Made by a program: the position numbers and the translations under genes. 64,000 nt of DNA from Cetorhinus maximus (taxonomy: Eukaryota). Location of the stretch: contig NC_135889.1 of NCBI RefSeq assembly GCF_964194155.1, positions 94,736,001 through 94,800,000 of the forward strand, written 5' to 3'. Shown one piece after another: positions 12,052 to 23,815 of the stretch. Numbering within the stretch: the first letter of the stretch is position 1; every line of letters begins with the position of its first letter. The notes under the pieces were generated by a model. The model did not search any database. It saw only the letters and a list, made by a program, of their open reading frames with translations, and was not told where the DNA came from.

Positions 12052-13671
12052 CACAACCCTCTGGGGTAGAGAATTCCAAAGATTCACAGCCCTTTGAGTG
12101 AAGTAATTTCTCCTCATCTCAGCCCAAAATGATTGGCCCCTTATTCTGAGACTCTGCCCCTGTGTTTTAGACTCCCCAGCTGGCGGAAGCAATCTCTCAG
12201 CGTCTACCCTAACAAGCCCCCTCAGAATTTTGTAGGTTTCAATGAGATTGCTTCTCATTCTTCTAAACTCCAGAGAATATAAGCACAATTTACTTAGCCT
12301 CTGATCACAGGACAGCCCCCTCATCCCAGGGACCAATCTAGTAAACCTTTGCTGTACCACCTCCAATGCAAGTATATCCTTTCTTAAATGTGGAGACCAA
12401 AATTCTCTCACTATTCCAAATGTGGTCTCATTAAAGTCCTGTACAACTGGAGCTGCCTCAGGGAGATTGAATCGCCATTGAAATTATGAAATAAATGGAT
12501 AAAAAATTTATTTAAACATGTCCCATCTCATGTGACTGTGTCACATGAAATGGGACATGGTTTTTATATTTCAGAAATTCTTTTTATTTAATTCGTAAAA
12601 GCTTTAGGAAACCTCATCCCGCTCATGGATGAGGTTCCCTAAAAAAGGTGAAGGCCGCTTGGCCTTTTCGCCTGCCCACCAACTAAGATTGGATGGGCAG
12701 CGTTAACAATTATATTAATTACTTCCTTAATGGCCTTAATAGGCTGTTTAAATATCTGCAGGTGCGCGGCTGACTCCGGCACGCTCCCGCCGAACGAAAC
12801 ATCACGATGATATCGAGATGCAAACCCGATGTCATCGCGTCATTTTATGCGTCGGCGTGGCGGGGCCCGCTCCCGCACGCTGACTGAAAAATCTGCCCCA
12901 TATCTCTTTGCAGCCTCCCTGTGTCCTCCACACAGTTCACCTTCCCACCTAGCTTGGTGTTATCAGCAACTTTGATGCATTATTCTCTGCCTCTTCATCC
13001 AAGTCATTAATATAGATTGTTAGTAGCTGGGGCCCCCATACTGATCCTTGCGGCTCTCCACTATTCACTGACTGGCAACTTGAAAAAGCTCCATTTATGT
13101 TCACTCTCTGGTTAACGGATAGAAAGCAATCTTCTACCTATGCTGAAGTACTACCACCAACTCCATAAGCCCTTATCTTGCCTATTAACCTTTTGTGTGG
13201 CACCTTATTGAATGTCCTTTGGAAATCCTGGTAACATATATCTACTGGTTCCCTTTAAGTACATTGTTAAGACTTCCTTAATATATCCCAGCATTTTTCC
13301 AGAAACTGATGTTAGGCTAACTGGCTTGTAGTTCACTGTTTTCTCTCTCCCTTTCTTGAAAAGTGATGTAACATTTGCCAACTTCCAATCTAATGGGACC
13401 CTTCCCAAGTTAAGGAATGTTGGAAAATCATAGCTAGCACTTCCACTTTCTCTGCAGCTATCTCTTTTAGAACTCAAGGGTGTAGGCCATCAAGTCCTGG
13501 GGATTTGTCAGGTTTTAATCCCTCCAGTTTCGCCAATACCTTTTTTCTGCTAATATTGATTTTCTTAATTTCCTCGCTTTCTATGGCCCCTAGGTTACCA
13601 TCTATTTCTGGCATAGAACTTGTGTCTTCTACTGTGAAGACAAACACAAAATATTTGTTCAATGCATCTGC
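12052..13671 (-). mobile_element. CR1 LINE ORF2 3' part; interrupted by a MITE, continues at 17895-18245
   Basis: Minus-strand ORFs FWSPHLRKD...NLWNSLP, WKLANVT, KSPGLDGLHP; collinear with the CR1 at 60152-62170. Confidence 0.9.
12452..12898 (-). mobile_element. Hairpin-rich MITE, partial copy
   Basis: Stems ctcatgtgac/gtcacatga and acctcatcc/ggatgaggt; ends aaaaatctgccc; opposite orientation to the 55266 copy. Confidence 0.8.
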
Positions 13672-13674
13672 TAG

Positions 13675-16600
13675 CTTTACAGTGAGAGAAACAGCGTGGC
13701 CATTTACAGGGGGTGGGTGCGAGAGGAGCGGGGCCTTTAACAGTGAGAGAAGAGTGTGAGACCATTAAAGAGTGCGAAGGGGAAAAGAACGCAGAGAGCA
13801 GCAGATTGGTAAGTATTTCTAGTCTTTAAAGTAAGGTCTATAGTTTGTGTTCAGATCTCTTTTTTACTCTTTTTTCTAAAGATAGTTTGTTAAGTATAAA
13901 ATCAATACTGATGTGTATAAAAATAATTATAATAAAGTGTTAAGAGTGGGGATACTAGAGTAATTAATAAACTGAATAAAATACGATAGTGATGGCAGGA
14001 TGGGTGATGTGTTGCTGCTGCAGCATGCAGGAACTGCTGGACACCAAGGTTATCCAGAGCAAACATATCGGTTCCAAGTGTTTGCAGCTCAAGGAACTTT
14101 GGATCCGAGTTAAGAAGTTGGAGTCCGAGCTGCAGACATTGCGTCACGTCACGGAGGGGGAAAGTTACCTGGACACTTTGTTCCAGGAGGCGGTCACACC
14201 CCTCAGATTATGTAATTCAAATTTGGTCTGTGATCAGGGACAGGAGGGTATGACTGCAGGTGAAGCAGGTTTGGGGACCCAAGGAATAGCCTTCGAGGAG
14301 CCTTGGCCCCTGCAACTGTCCAACAATTACAAAGTTCTTGCAAGCTGTGTAGATGAAAGCAGGGACTGCAGGGAGGATGAGCGAACTGACCACAGCACCT
14401 TGGTACAGGAAGCCATTCAAGTGGAGGGAGGAAATAGGAACTCAGTAGTAGTAGGGGACAGTATAATTAGGGGGATAGATACTGTTCCCGGCAGCCGTAA
14501 GCGTGAGTCCCGAAGGCTATGTTGCCTGCCTGGCGCCAGAGTTAAGGACATCTCAGGGCTGGAGGGGAACTTGGAGTGGAAGGAGAGGGATCCTGTTGTC
14601 ATCATCCATGTTGGTACCAATGACATTGATAAGGCTAGAAAGGAGGCTCTGCTGAAAGCATTTGAACAGTTACAAGCTAAATTAAAAAGCAGAACTTACA
14701 AGGTAATAATCTTGCGATTGCTACCTGAGCGACAGGCAAACTGGCATAGGGTAAATAAAGTCAAGGAGTTAAATGCATGGCTCAGAGAGTGGTGTGGGAG
14801 AAATGCGTTTCAGTTCATGGGGCACTGGCACCAGTGGGGCAGAAGGGAGTTGTTCCGGTGGGACAGGCTTCACTTGAACTGTGCTGGGACCAGTGTCCCG
14901 GCGAGCTGAAAACTAGGGCTATAGAGAGGGCTTTAAATTTAATAGAGCTTTGGAAAGGGGATATGTAGGCTGACAAAGCAAAAGGACATGGCAGCCTTGA
15001 AAGGCAGCTATTTAGGTAATGATACCCAGAATTTGACAGGAAGGGAAACAAACATAAAAAAAGCGGCAAGTAGGGCCAAAAGGAGAAAAAATGGTAAAAA
15101 GGCTCCTTACTTAAATGCATGTAGCATTTGGAACAAAATGAATGAATTAACGGCACAAATGGACATTAATAGGTATGATCTTATAGCATTACAGAGACGT
15201 GGTTACAAGGAGATCAAAGCTGGGAACTAAATATTCAGGGTTATGTGACTTTTCGAAAGGACAGGCAAGAAGGAAAGGGTGGTGGGGTAGCTTTGTTAGT
15301 ATAAGATGGAATAAGCATGATAGCAAGAAAGGATCTTAGATCGGATGATGTAGAATCCATATGGGTGGAGGTAAGAAATATCAAGGGGAAGAAGATACTG
15401 GTGGGAGTTGTCTATTGGCCCTCTGACAGTAGCTAAACTGCAGGACAGAGACTAAATCAGGAAATAATGAGGGCATGTAAAAAAGGCAGTACATTAATCA
15501 TGGGTGACTTTAATCTTCATTTAGATTAGGAAAATCAAATTGGCAGAGGTAAGCATGAACAATAATTCATGGAGTGTATTCAGGGCAGTTTCTTAGAACA
15601 ATATGTTGTGAATCCAACCAGGGGTCAGGCTGTTTTGGATCTGGCAGTGTGTAATGAGGCAGGTTTAATAAATGATCTCAGAGTAAAAGATCCCCTCAGA
15701 AACAGTGACCATTTTATAATAACATTTAGCATTCAGTTTGAGAGTGAGAAATTTGGGTCGGAAACAACTGTGCTAAACTTAAATAAGGGTAATTACAATG
15801 GAATGAGGGTAGAGTTGGCTGGAATGGACTGGGAAGGGAGTTTGGCAGAAAAGATGCTTGATGAACAATGGCAGACATTTAAGAAAATAATTCATGACTC
15901 TCAGCAAAGATATATATCCCAGTGAGGAAGAAGGATTCAAGGAAGGGGATAAACCAACATGTTTAACCAAGGAAGTTAAAGACAGTATCAAATTGAAAGA
16001 AAAAACATACAATGTGGCAAAGATTAGTGATAAACCAGAGGATTGGGAAAGTTTTAAAAACCAATAGAGATGACCAAAAAGAAATAGAGGGAGAAAATAA
16101 ACTTTGAGGGTAAACTAGCAAGTAATATAAAAACAGACAGTGAGAGCTTCTTTAAATATATAAAAAGGAAGAGAGAGGCCAAAGCGAACATAGGCCCCTT
16201 AGAGAGTGAGGCTGGGGAAATAATGGGGAACCAGGAAATGGCAGAGGAGTTGAATAAATACTTTGCTTCATAGTAGAAGACACTAATAGCATTCCAAAAA
16301 TACTAATCAAGGGGGAAAAGTGGGGGAAGAAATAAATACAATAGCTATCACTAGAGAAAAAGTACGAGGGAAACTAATGGGGCTAAAGGCCTATAAGTCC
16401 CCCGGACCTGCTGGGTTGCATCTGGAAAAGTCTAAGGAGTGGAGAACAGCCAATGTAATGCCCTTATTCAAAAAGGGAGGGAGACAAAAAATAGGTAACT
16501 GTAGGCCAGATAGCTTAACATCTGTCATTGGGGAAATTGTTGGAGTCTATTATAAAGGATGTAATAGCAGAGCATTTAGAAATACATCATTAATCAAGCA

Positions 16601-17900
16601 GAGTCAGCATGGCTTCATGAAGGGGAAATCATGCCAAACAAATTTATTATAATTCTTTGAGGAGGTAACAAGCATGATAGATAAAGGAGAACCAATAGAC
16701 GTGATATATTTGGATTTCCAAAAGACGTTTGATAAGGTTACGCACATAAGGCTACTTAATAAGATAAGAGCCCATGGTTTTAGAGGTAGCGTATTAGCAT
16801 GGATAGAGGATTGGCTAACTAATAGAAGACAGAGAGTTGGGATAAGGAGGGGCATTTTCGGGATGGCTACTTGTAAGTGGTGGAGTGCCACAGGGATCAG
16901 TACTGGGGCCTCAATTATTTACAATATATATTAATGACTCATATGAGGAAAGTGAATGTATAAGTTTGTAGGGAATGTGAAGTTTGCAGATGGCACAAAA
17001 ATAGGTGGGAAGGCAAGTGGTGAGGATGATGCAAGGAGTCTACAGAGGGATATGGAAAGGTTAAATGAGTTGGCAAAAACATGACAGATTTAATATAATG
17101 TGGGAAAATTTGAGGTCATGCAATTTGGCAGGAAGAATAGAGGAGCTGAATATTACTTAAATGGAGAAAGACTGCAGAAGGCTGCAGCACAGGGATTTGG
17201 AAGTCCTTGAGCATGAATCCCAAAAAGCTAACATACAAGTTCAACAGGTAATAGGGAAGGCAAATGGAATGTTGGCCTTTATTTCAAAGGGAATGGAGCA
17301 TAAAAATAGGGAAGTCTTGCTAAAACTATACAAGGCATTAGTTAGACCACCCTTAGAATACTGTGAACAATTTTGGTCCCCTTATCTAAGGAAAGATAAA
17401 TTGGCATTGAAGGCAGTCCAGAGAAGGTTCGTTCACTAGGTTGATCCCAGATATGGAGGGATTTTCTTATGAGGAGAGGTTGAGTAGGTTGGGCTTGTAC
17501 TCATAGGAGTATAGAAGAATGAGAGGCGACCTTCTTGAAACCTATAAGATTCTTAGGGGGCTTGACAGGGTAAATGCTCAGATATTGTTTCCCCTTGTGG
17601 GAGAATCTAGGACCAGAGAGCATAATCTCAGAGGAAGGGGGCGCCCATTTAAAAGGGAGATAAGGAGGAATTTCTTCTGAGGGTAGTCAATCTGTGGAAT
17701 TCTTTACCGCAGAGGGCTGTAGAGGCTAGGTCATTAAGTATATTTAAGGCTGAGATAGACATTTTTAATCAGCAAGGGTATCAAGGGTTATGGGGAAAAG
17801 GCAGGAAAGTGGAGCTGAGGATTATCAGATCAGCCATGATCTCATTGAATTGCGGAACAGACTCGATGGGCTGAATGGCCTACTTCTGCTCCTATGTCTC
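13675..17900 (+). mobile_element. Near full-length CR1 LINE (5'UTR, ORF1, decayed ORF2, 3' tail)
   Basis: ORF1 at 13989-14909. ORF2 remnants YLNA.S, GGGVAL, MGDFN, SDH, YLDFQK.FDKV, KFAD and RPPLEYC contain many stops. Tail ggcctacttctgctcctatgtct. Confidence 0.95.
13989..14909 (+). CDS. CR1 ORF1p: Cys-rich/coiled-coil N-terminus plus SGNH esterase-like domain (TE-encoded, probably non-functional)
   Basis: 306-aa ORF with VVVGDSIIRG, CLPGARVKD, HVGTND and DRLHLN esterase blocks. Confidence 0.85.
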   Translation: MMAGWVMCCCCSMQELLDTKVIQSKHIGSKCLQLKELWIRVKKLESELQTLRHVTEGESYLDTLFQEAVTPLRLCNSNLVCDQGQEGMTAGEAGLGTQGIAFEEPWPLQLSNNYKVLASCVDESRDCREDERTDHSTLVQEAIQVEGGNRNSVVVGDSIIRGIDTVPGSRKRESRRLCCLPGARVKDISGLEGNLEWKERDPVVIIHVGTNDIDKARKEALLKAFEQLQAKLKSRTYKVIILRLLPERQANWHRVNKVKELNAWLREWCGRNAFQFMGHWHQWGRRELFRWDRLHLNCAGTSVPAS

Positions 17901-18245
17901 TGATTTTAAGGGGCCAATGTTTACTTAGCTAATCCGTTCCTCTTTATATACTTGTAAAAGCTCTTACAATCTGTTTTTACATTTCTGCCTAGTTCACTCT
18001 CCCATATTCTATTTTTTTCCCTTTATCTCAACTTTTTGCTCCTCTGCTGGTTTCTAAAACACTCCCAATCCTCAGACTTTCTACTGTTCTTGCAACATTA
18101 TAAGCCTCGTCTTTTAATCTATTACTATCCTTAATTTCCTGAGTGAGTCACAGATGAGTCGGTCTTGCTGAGTTTTTGTTTTTCAATGGAATGTATTTTT
18201 GTTGAAGATTTTGAATTGTTTCTTTAAATGGTTCCCACTGTTCAA
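17895..18245 (-). mobile_element. Continuation of the minus-strand CR1 from 13671
   Basis: taaggggccaatgtttact... aligns with 61941 onward; 13621-13671 aligns with 61845-61897. Confidence 0.85.
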
Positions 18246-18549
18246 GTGTATTCACAGGCTCACCGGTGTAGGTGCTACGCTGGAGGAGTGTTTTCTCCAA
18301 TGGGCATTTCTTAAAATTTTCTCCCATGTCTTCTCTGAAGCAATAGAAATAGATGCTCTTGTGTCAACCTCTATTCAACCATTTTACCATTTAAGGCAAT
18401 GCCAACTTTTAGTCCTTCATCTAGTTTCAGATCAGACTGAACGCAATACGATTGCTGTTGTGCATTGTTGCTATTAGTTTCACTTTGTCTCGCCTGGACT
18501 CGCATTACTTTTGTATTTTGTTTCCAAGTAATGTGTTTTTTTCAAACTG

Positions 18550-19341
18550 CCTTATTTTCAAGTGCGACTTGTCTGTGTGCTCTTCGTGATGCCCTTTTCT
18601 TGGCAGTACTGCTTTACTGTGATCAGCCTTTGATCTACATGCACACTGTATGTGTCCTTTTTTCCATAGTAGCGACAATCAGTGATTTTCCACATGCATG
18701 CTTCTGCATTATGCGCTATTCCATTACAGTGGTAACATGTTTGGAAGCGAGTATACCCTGACTTTACTATTTTAACTTGACATTGTTAGAATGCGCTTTC
18801 AAAGCTCCAGCTTGTTTCGCTGCCATTTATTTGCTCTGCGGAATCTCAAACGCTTTCTTCAGTGTCAACTCTTGCTCCACTAGCAATCTACACTGAATTC
18901 TTTCTTAGTTCACAAACCAAGCAATCACACAACACTTCTTCCAGGTAACCTTTAAAGTCAGCATTCCGCTAATTTTCTCAACTCAGCCAGGAACTGGGAA
19001 ACTGACTCACTCTGATGCTGTTCTCTTCAGTGAAACTTGAATCTGTCGGCAATAATTGCTGGTCTGGGATCGGAAGTGCTTTTTCAAACGTCGACAAGCT
19101 CTTTAAAGTTTTTATCTGCTGCCTTGTCAGGAACAATGAGATTTCTCAGTAAAGTGAAAGTTTTCATTCTGATGACTGTAAGAAACACTGAGGCCTGCTT
19201 TTCCTCTTCAATCTCATTTGCAATGAAAAAATGTTCCATTTGCTCGACATAAACTACAAAGTCCATAGTAGTTGGATTAAAAGCCCCTAATAATGATGAT
19301 CCCATCCTCTTTGCTATTTGAAGTATTTTGTCACTTAACAA
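18550..19341 (-). mobile_element. Ty3/Gypsy LTR retrotransposon gag remnant
   Basis: YVEQMEHFFIANEI...VFLTVI..KTFTLLRNL, then frameshifted SQFLAELRKLA and LTLKKAFEI, and a decayed zinc knuckle (YGKKGHI) near 18650. Confidence 0.8.
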
Positions 19342-19539
19342 TTAAGGATATACACACACACACAACTATTTGCTTCTGAGTCCCAGCTTCCTGTGTAAAA
19401 AAAAACAGAAGGTTCCTTTATTTCTTATTCTACACAAGAGGGCAATACATCTGGGACTTAGCACACTCTACTAGCAAGTTATTTTTATAGCGCTTCTTTT
19501 TAACTAAAATATCTTTTTCAAAAAAAGCATACACATTAA

Positions 19540-20010
19540 ACACAAACATCACAGTGCACCTGCGTGGAGGGATCCCCAGCATGTTTGCCCTCTTGAGTCC
19601 GCGACAGTTCTGTTGGCCAGGTCATGCATCCCCTAAGACTGCCCAAGGCGAGCTTGCTTTTGGCACGACACCAACAGGTCGCCTGCATGTGTGATACAAG
19701 GGCATCTGTAATCAAGACTTCAAGTTGACCAGGATCAGAGTTGATGCATGGGAAGTCCTTGCTCCTGACCAGAGTGCCTGGAGGCAAGGAAAAAGCAGAG
19801 AACAAAAGAACTGACCAGATGGTAGAAAACAGAGCCTGCCTGAAGGCAAGACATCAGGCGACTTTGAGCCAATGCTTCGAGCCAGCTGCGGAAGGGACTG
19901 GCACTCACAAATCGCCCTCTTTAACCACAACAAACAATGTTTAATACAGAAGTGGTATACATCCTGACCGCAGTCCATTGTCCCCTGAGATAGACGGATG
20001 CCAAAACTGC
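19540..20010 (+). mobile_element. RTE LINE 3' end
   Basis: GIPSMFALL, PTGR...YKGIC..D.K, WEVLAPDQSAWRQ and CGRDWHSQIALFNH match the RTE ORF C-terminus; followed by a short 3' hairpin. Confidence 0.8.
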
Positions 20011-20429
20011 AGCCATTAGGAATGTGCGATGGATGGCAGAATCTGGGTTTGCTGACTGCATCATATGTCGTAATTAAGTAATAACAGCCCAATGTTATTT
20101 ACAGTGCTGAAGAATGAGTATACATGCTGAACTATCTGTACAAGTGACGTAGTCAAAAGACGGGCAGTTATCCAGCTGTATTTGAAGAAATATGCCAGTT
20201 CTCAACTATTATTGCTTATTTTATTGTTTGTTTTCAAAATAGTGGTGCTGCTTGCAGAGCAGAAGAATCAAGCCCATGAAGCTTTGTATTAATTATGATT
20301 CTACCAGAATTGATAGTATTGTCAGTGCTTGTTAACTCTTTTTAAATGTTTGAAATGATGATGGCATTCATTTATTCAATTTCTAAGTAAATGTAGCAAG
20401 CTCAGGAGTCGAGGAAATGTTATATGTTT

Positions 20430-20541
20430 TTCTACCTCTCTTCAGTTCCAAAGAAGTCATATTGGATTTGAAAGGTCAATTCTGTTTCTCCCTCCACGGA
20501 TGCTGCCAGACCTGCTGAGTTTTTCTAGCACTTTCTGTTTT
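20430..20541 (+). mobile_element. Decayed Penelope 3'-end fragment
   Basis: cagttccaaagaagtcatattggatttgaaaggtcaattctg...gatgctgccagacctgctgagttttt matches 50305-50410; the ribozyme core is eroded. Confidence 0.75.
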
Positions 20542-21279
20542 CACGTTCTACGCATTGACTTGCTGGTTGATTCCATTGTCATGTGCATTCCTGAACTTAA
20601 TGGAAAAATAAACCATCTGGTAGACATTATACCATAGGCTATAATCTACTAATCCGATTTATTAAACAGTAAACAGGCATGTGAATTGAGTTTGGAATGC
20701 CTCAAACCTCCTCTTTGCCATGAAGTGAGTGAGGTATGAATATTTCTTGTTGTATATCACTTTTATCAACTTGGAGAAGAAACCTCAATACATGACCCAT
20801 TGTGGTGAGAATCTGGATCTGCAATCACTGGATTCTGAACTTGCCCTTTCTACGTTACAACACCAGAACAACTATCCATGTACTGGATTTCTGTGTGCAT
20901 GTTTGCTTTACTAGTGATGTTATGCCTGTATACCTCTAATTTGGGTGGTGTGAGAGAAAGAAATTTCATAAAAACCAGCAATGTGACAGGTGTGACCTAA
21001 TGGGTCTATTAGCATGCAACTGTGACCAAGAATATTTCTCATGAACTGTTATTCCTTTCTTCTGACCTGTGTACGATATCTCTATCTGTGTGTTGAATCC
21101 AGAGCCAATGCTGTTGTATCAACTGGTCTTTAGGTTTTTTAGATAAAATGGTGGTAAAGCCTCAGCATTGGGATATTTTACTTGGTGACTCTGAATTAAA
21201 TGTTTTTTTCCCCCCTGTACATATTATAAAATTTATTTCAAGGCCTCCATTAAATAGTCATGTTATCTATCCAGCTAGT

Positions 21280-22225
21280 GCTGCAGGAGTCCTTCAGGAC
21301 CCAACTGTCTTCAGCTGCTTCATCAATTACCTTCTCTCTAACATAAGGTCAGAAATGGGGATGTTCGCTGGTGACTGCACAGTTTTCAGTTCCATTTGCA
21401 ACTCCTCAGACACTGAAGGAGTCTGTGTGCATATGCAGCAAGCCTGGAACACATTCAGGCTTGGGCTAATAACTGTTAAGATACATTCATGTCATATAAG
21501 TGACAGGCAATGACCATCTTTTAACAAGAGAGAATCTAACCACCTCTCCTTGACATTCTATGCCATCACCATTGCTGAACACCCCACTGTCAACATCCAG
21601 GGAGGTCACCATTGACCAGAAACTTAACTAGACTAGCTCCATAAATACTGTGGCTATAAAGCAGGTCAGAGGCTGGGTATTCTATGGTGAGTGATTCATT
21701 TCCTGATTTCCCCAAAGTTTTTGTATCATCACAAGTGAGGAGTGTGATGGAATGCTCTTCTTTTTCTGGATGAGTGCAGCTCCAACAACACTCCAAAAAG
21801 CTTGATGCTATCCAGTCTTGATTGAAATCCCATCCACCCCCCCCCCCCCCCCAACCTTAACGATTCATTTCCTCCACTATCAGCACCCAATGGCTGCTAT
21901 GTGTACCATCTAGAAGATGCACTGTCACTACTAGCCAAGGCTTCTTCAACAACATGTTCCAAACCAGTGATCTCTACCACCTAAAAGGACAAGGGCAGCA
22001 GGTGTGTGAGGACATGATCACCCGAAAGTTCCTCTCCAAAGCACACACCACCCTGACTTGGCAATATATCGCTGTTCCTTCCTTGTTACTGAGTCAAAAT
22101 CCTGGAACTCCCTACTTATCAGCACTGTGGGTTTACCTACACTACATGGACTGCAGCAGTTCAGAAGGGCACTCAGGGATGGGCAATAAATGCAAGAGGT
22201 GCCCACATCCTGTGAATGAATTTTA
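21280..22225 (+). mobile_element. CR1-clade LINE family B, 3' end
   Basis: RT remnants FSCFINYL and MFAGDCTVF; 3'UTR ends cccacatcctgtgaatgaattttaaaaa. Confidence 0.85.
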
Positions 22226-22377
22226 AAAATACTTAACATTCCATCCAGAAGGCTTTAGTGTGTTCTAGTGAGTTCTCTAGTATCTTATAGAGAAGCAGTC
22301 CTCCAGTGAAGTGGTTTAAATGTAGCCAACACAGTAAAATGTTGTTACTGTATAATTACAGTAAAATCTTTAGATTC

Positions 22378-22712
22378 AAAATATACTTGTGTAAAAGTTG
22401 ATCTTGTAAAAGCTGATCCCATAATTTTTGGCCTAAAATTCTGTAATTTTTCATATACCTTGTGTGAAAGTGATCAGATTATGAATGACAAACCTTGTGA
22501 TTATTGATAAATGTTGGGTAATTGATATGAACTCTTTAGTAGTGTTGGTTTTTACTTTATTCCATTGCCTTGATCTTTTTTGGATTTCACTTGGGCCCAA
22601 ATCAAGCACGCATGTCAACCCCTCAAATGTAACTTGTGTAAAAGTCAGCCCCATGACTTTTGGTCTTGAAAATTGGTCTCAAAAAATTATACTTTTACAT
22701 GAGTATATATGG
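22378..22712. mobile_element. Tc1/mariner-pogo type MITE
   Basis: Imperfect TIRs atatacttgtgtaaaagt / acttttacatgagtatat; TA at 22713-22714; internal tgtaaaag(t/c) repeats. Confidence 0.7.
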
Positions 22713-23694
22713 TATTTGGAAAAATATTTGATTATTAAATGTTAAATTTATCTGCTGAACTGGCACCTAATCTTAAATACATATTCCTTAATCTAATAAC
22801 AGATAGATCAACTCCTCTATCAGCTCTCTGTTTTTCTGCTGGAATGCTTAGTTTCATGAGAATTTGGTTTTATGTTGAATTTTCTCTTCAATGGCCTGAG
22901 CTGAGACTGTGTTCACGTTGCCTTTGGGACTGTACATAGAAGAAGTTGTCTGAATATCTGTTCCCAACCTATTTTATTTAAGTGAAAACCAGAAAAGTAG
23001 TGAAAGACTGAAAGAGAGTGTGTACTCATTTCATTTTGTAATGTTTGGGATAATGTGGTATTTTTGATAAATATACTTGCACTTTAAATTTTAAGTATAG
23101 TGTAGGAAATAGTGAAAAGAGTATTGTGTAAAAACTTACCATTAAACATTTACCTTTTTTTCATAAACAGTATTTTTGTGTTGAATTTTATTGCAGAAGA
23201 TTCCACCTACCTACTCTGCTTTGGTACCTTTTTTTCCAGCTGTCAGTTTTTACGAGTATTAAAGTTTGGTGGTGTTCTATTTGGTCAATATAGGCATAAA
23301 AGTATAAAAATAATTGTAAAGTTTATAGCCTTAATGACTAGGAAGGGCCAACAATGTTTTAAATTTTTTTTACAATGGATCTCTTCAATGTCATACTACA
23401 AAGACAGCCTGCTTCAGGCTGAAGTCCATATAGTTAATTTCATAGCCTAGTTCACAGTGCACACAAATAACTGTAGGCCTACTTATTTAGGAAATCTGCA
23501 GGTAGGATTTTGAAACTTGAAAATTGAGCATTGCATAATGCTCATTTACTGTATAAAGTGTGCCCTGCGTACCATACTTTGCTGGAAGGGCATATATTTA
23601 AATACCTGTAACAGATGTTAAATGGCAAATCTTTTTCTGTTTCTGTGTTGTATCAAACTTGCAAGAAAACAATTCTGTGTACTTGGAAAAATAT

Positions 23695-23815
23695 AGAAGC
23701 AAATACTGCAGATGCTGGAAACCTGAGATAAAAACAGAAAATGCTGGAAATTCTCAACAGGCCAAGCAGCATTTGTGGAGAGAAAAACAGTTAACTTTTC
23801 AGGTTGATAACCTTC
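23695..23815 (-). mobile_element. Decayed Penelope 3'-end fragment
   Basis: aaatactgcagatgctggaaa...aaaacagaaaatgctggaaa is the reverse complement of the 50350-50445 type tail. Confidence 0.8.

Noticed and set aside
19960-20050. HDV-like or twister ribozyme in an RTE leader on the minus strand
   Set aside because: The plus strand translates as the RTE C-terminus, so this is the 3'UTR hairpin; no ribozyme pseudoknot could be drawn.
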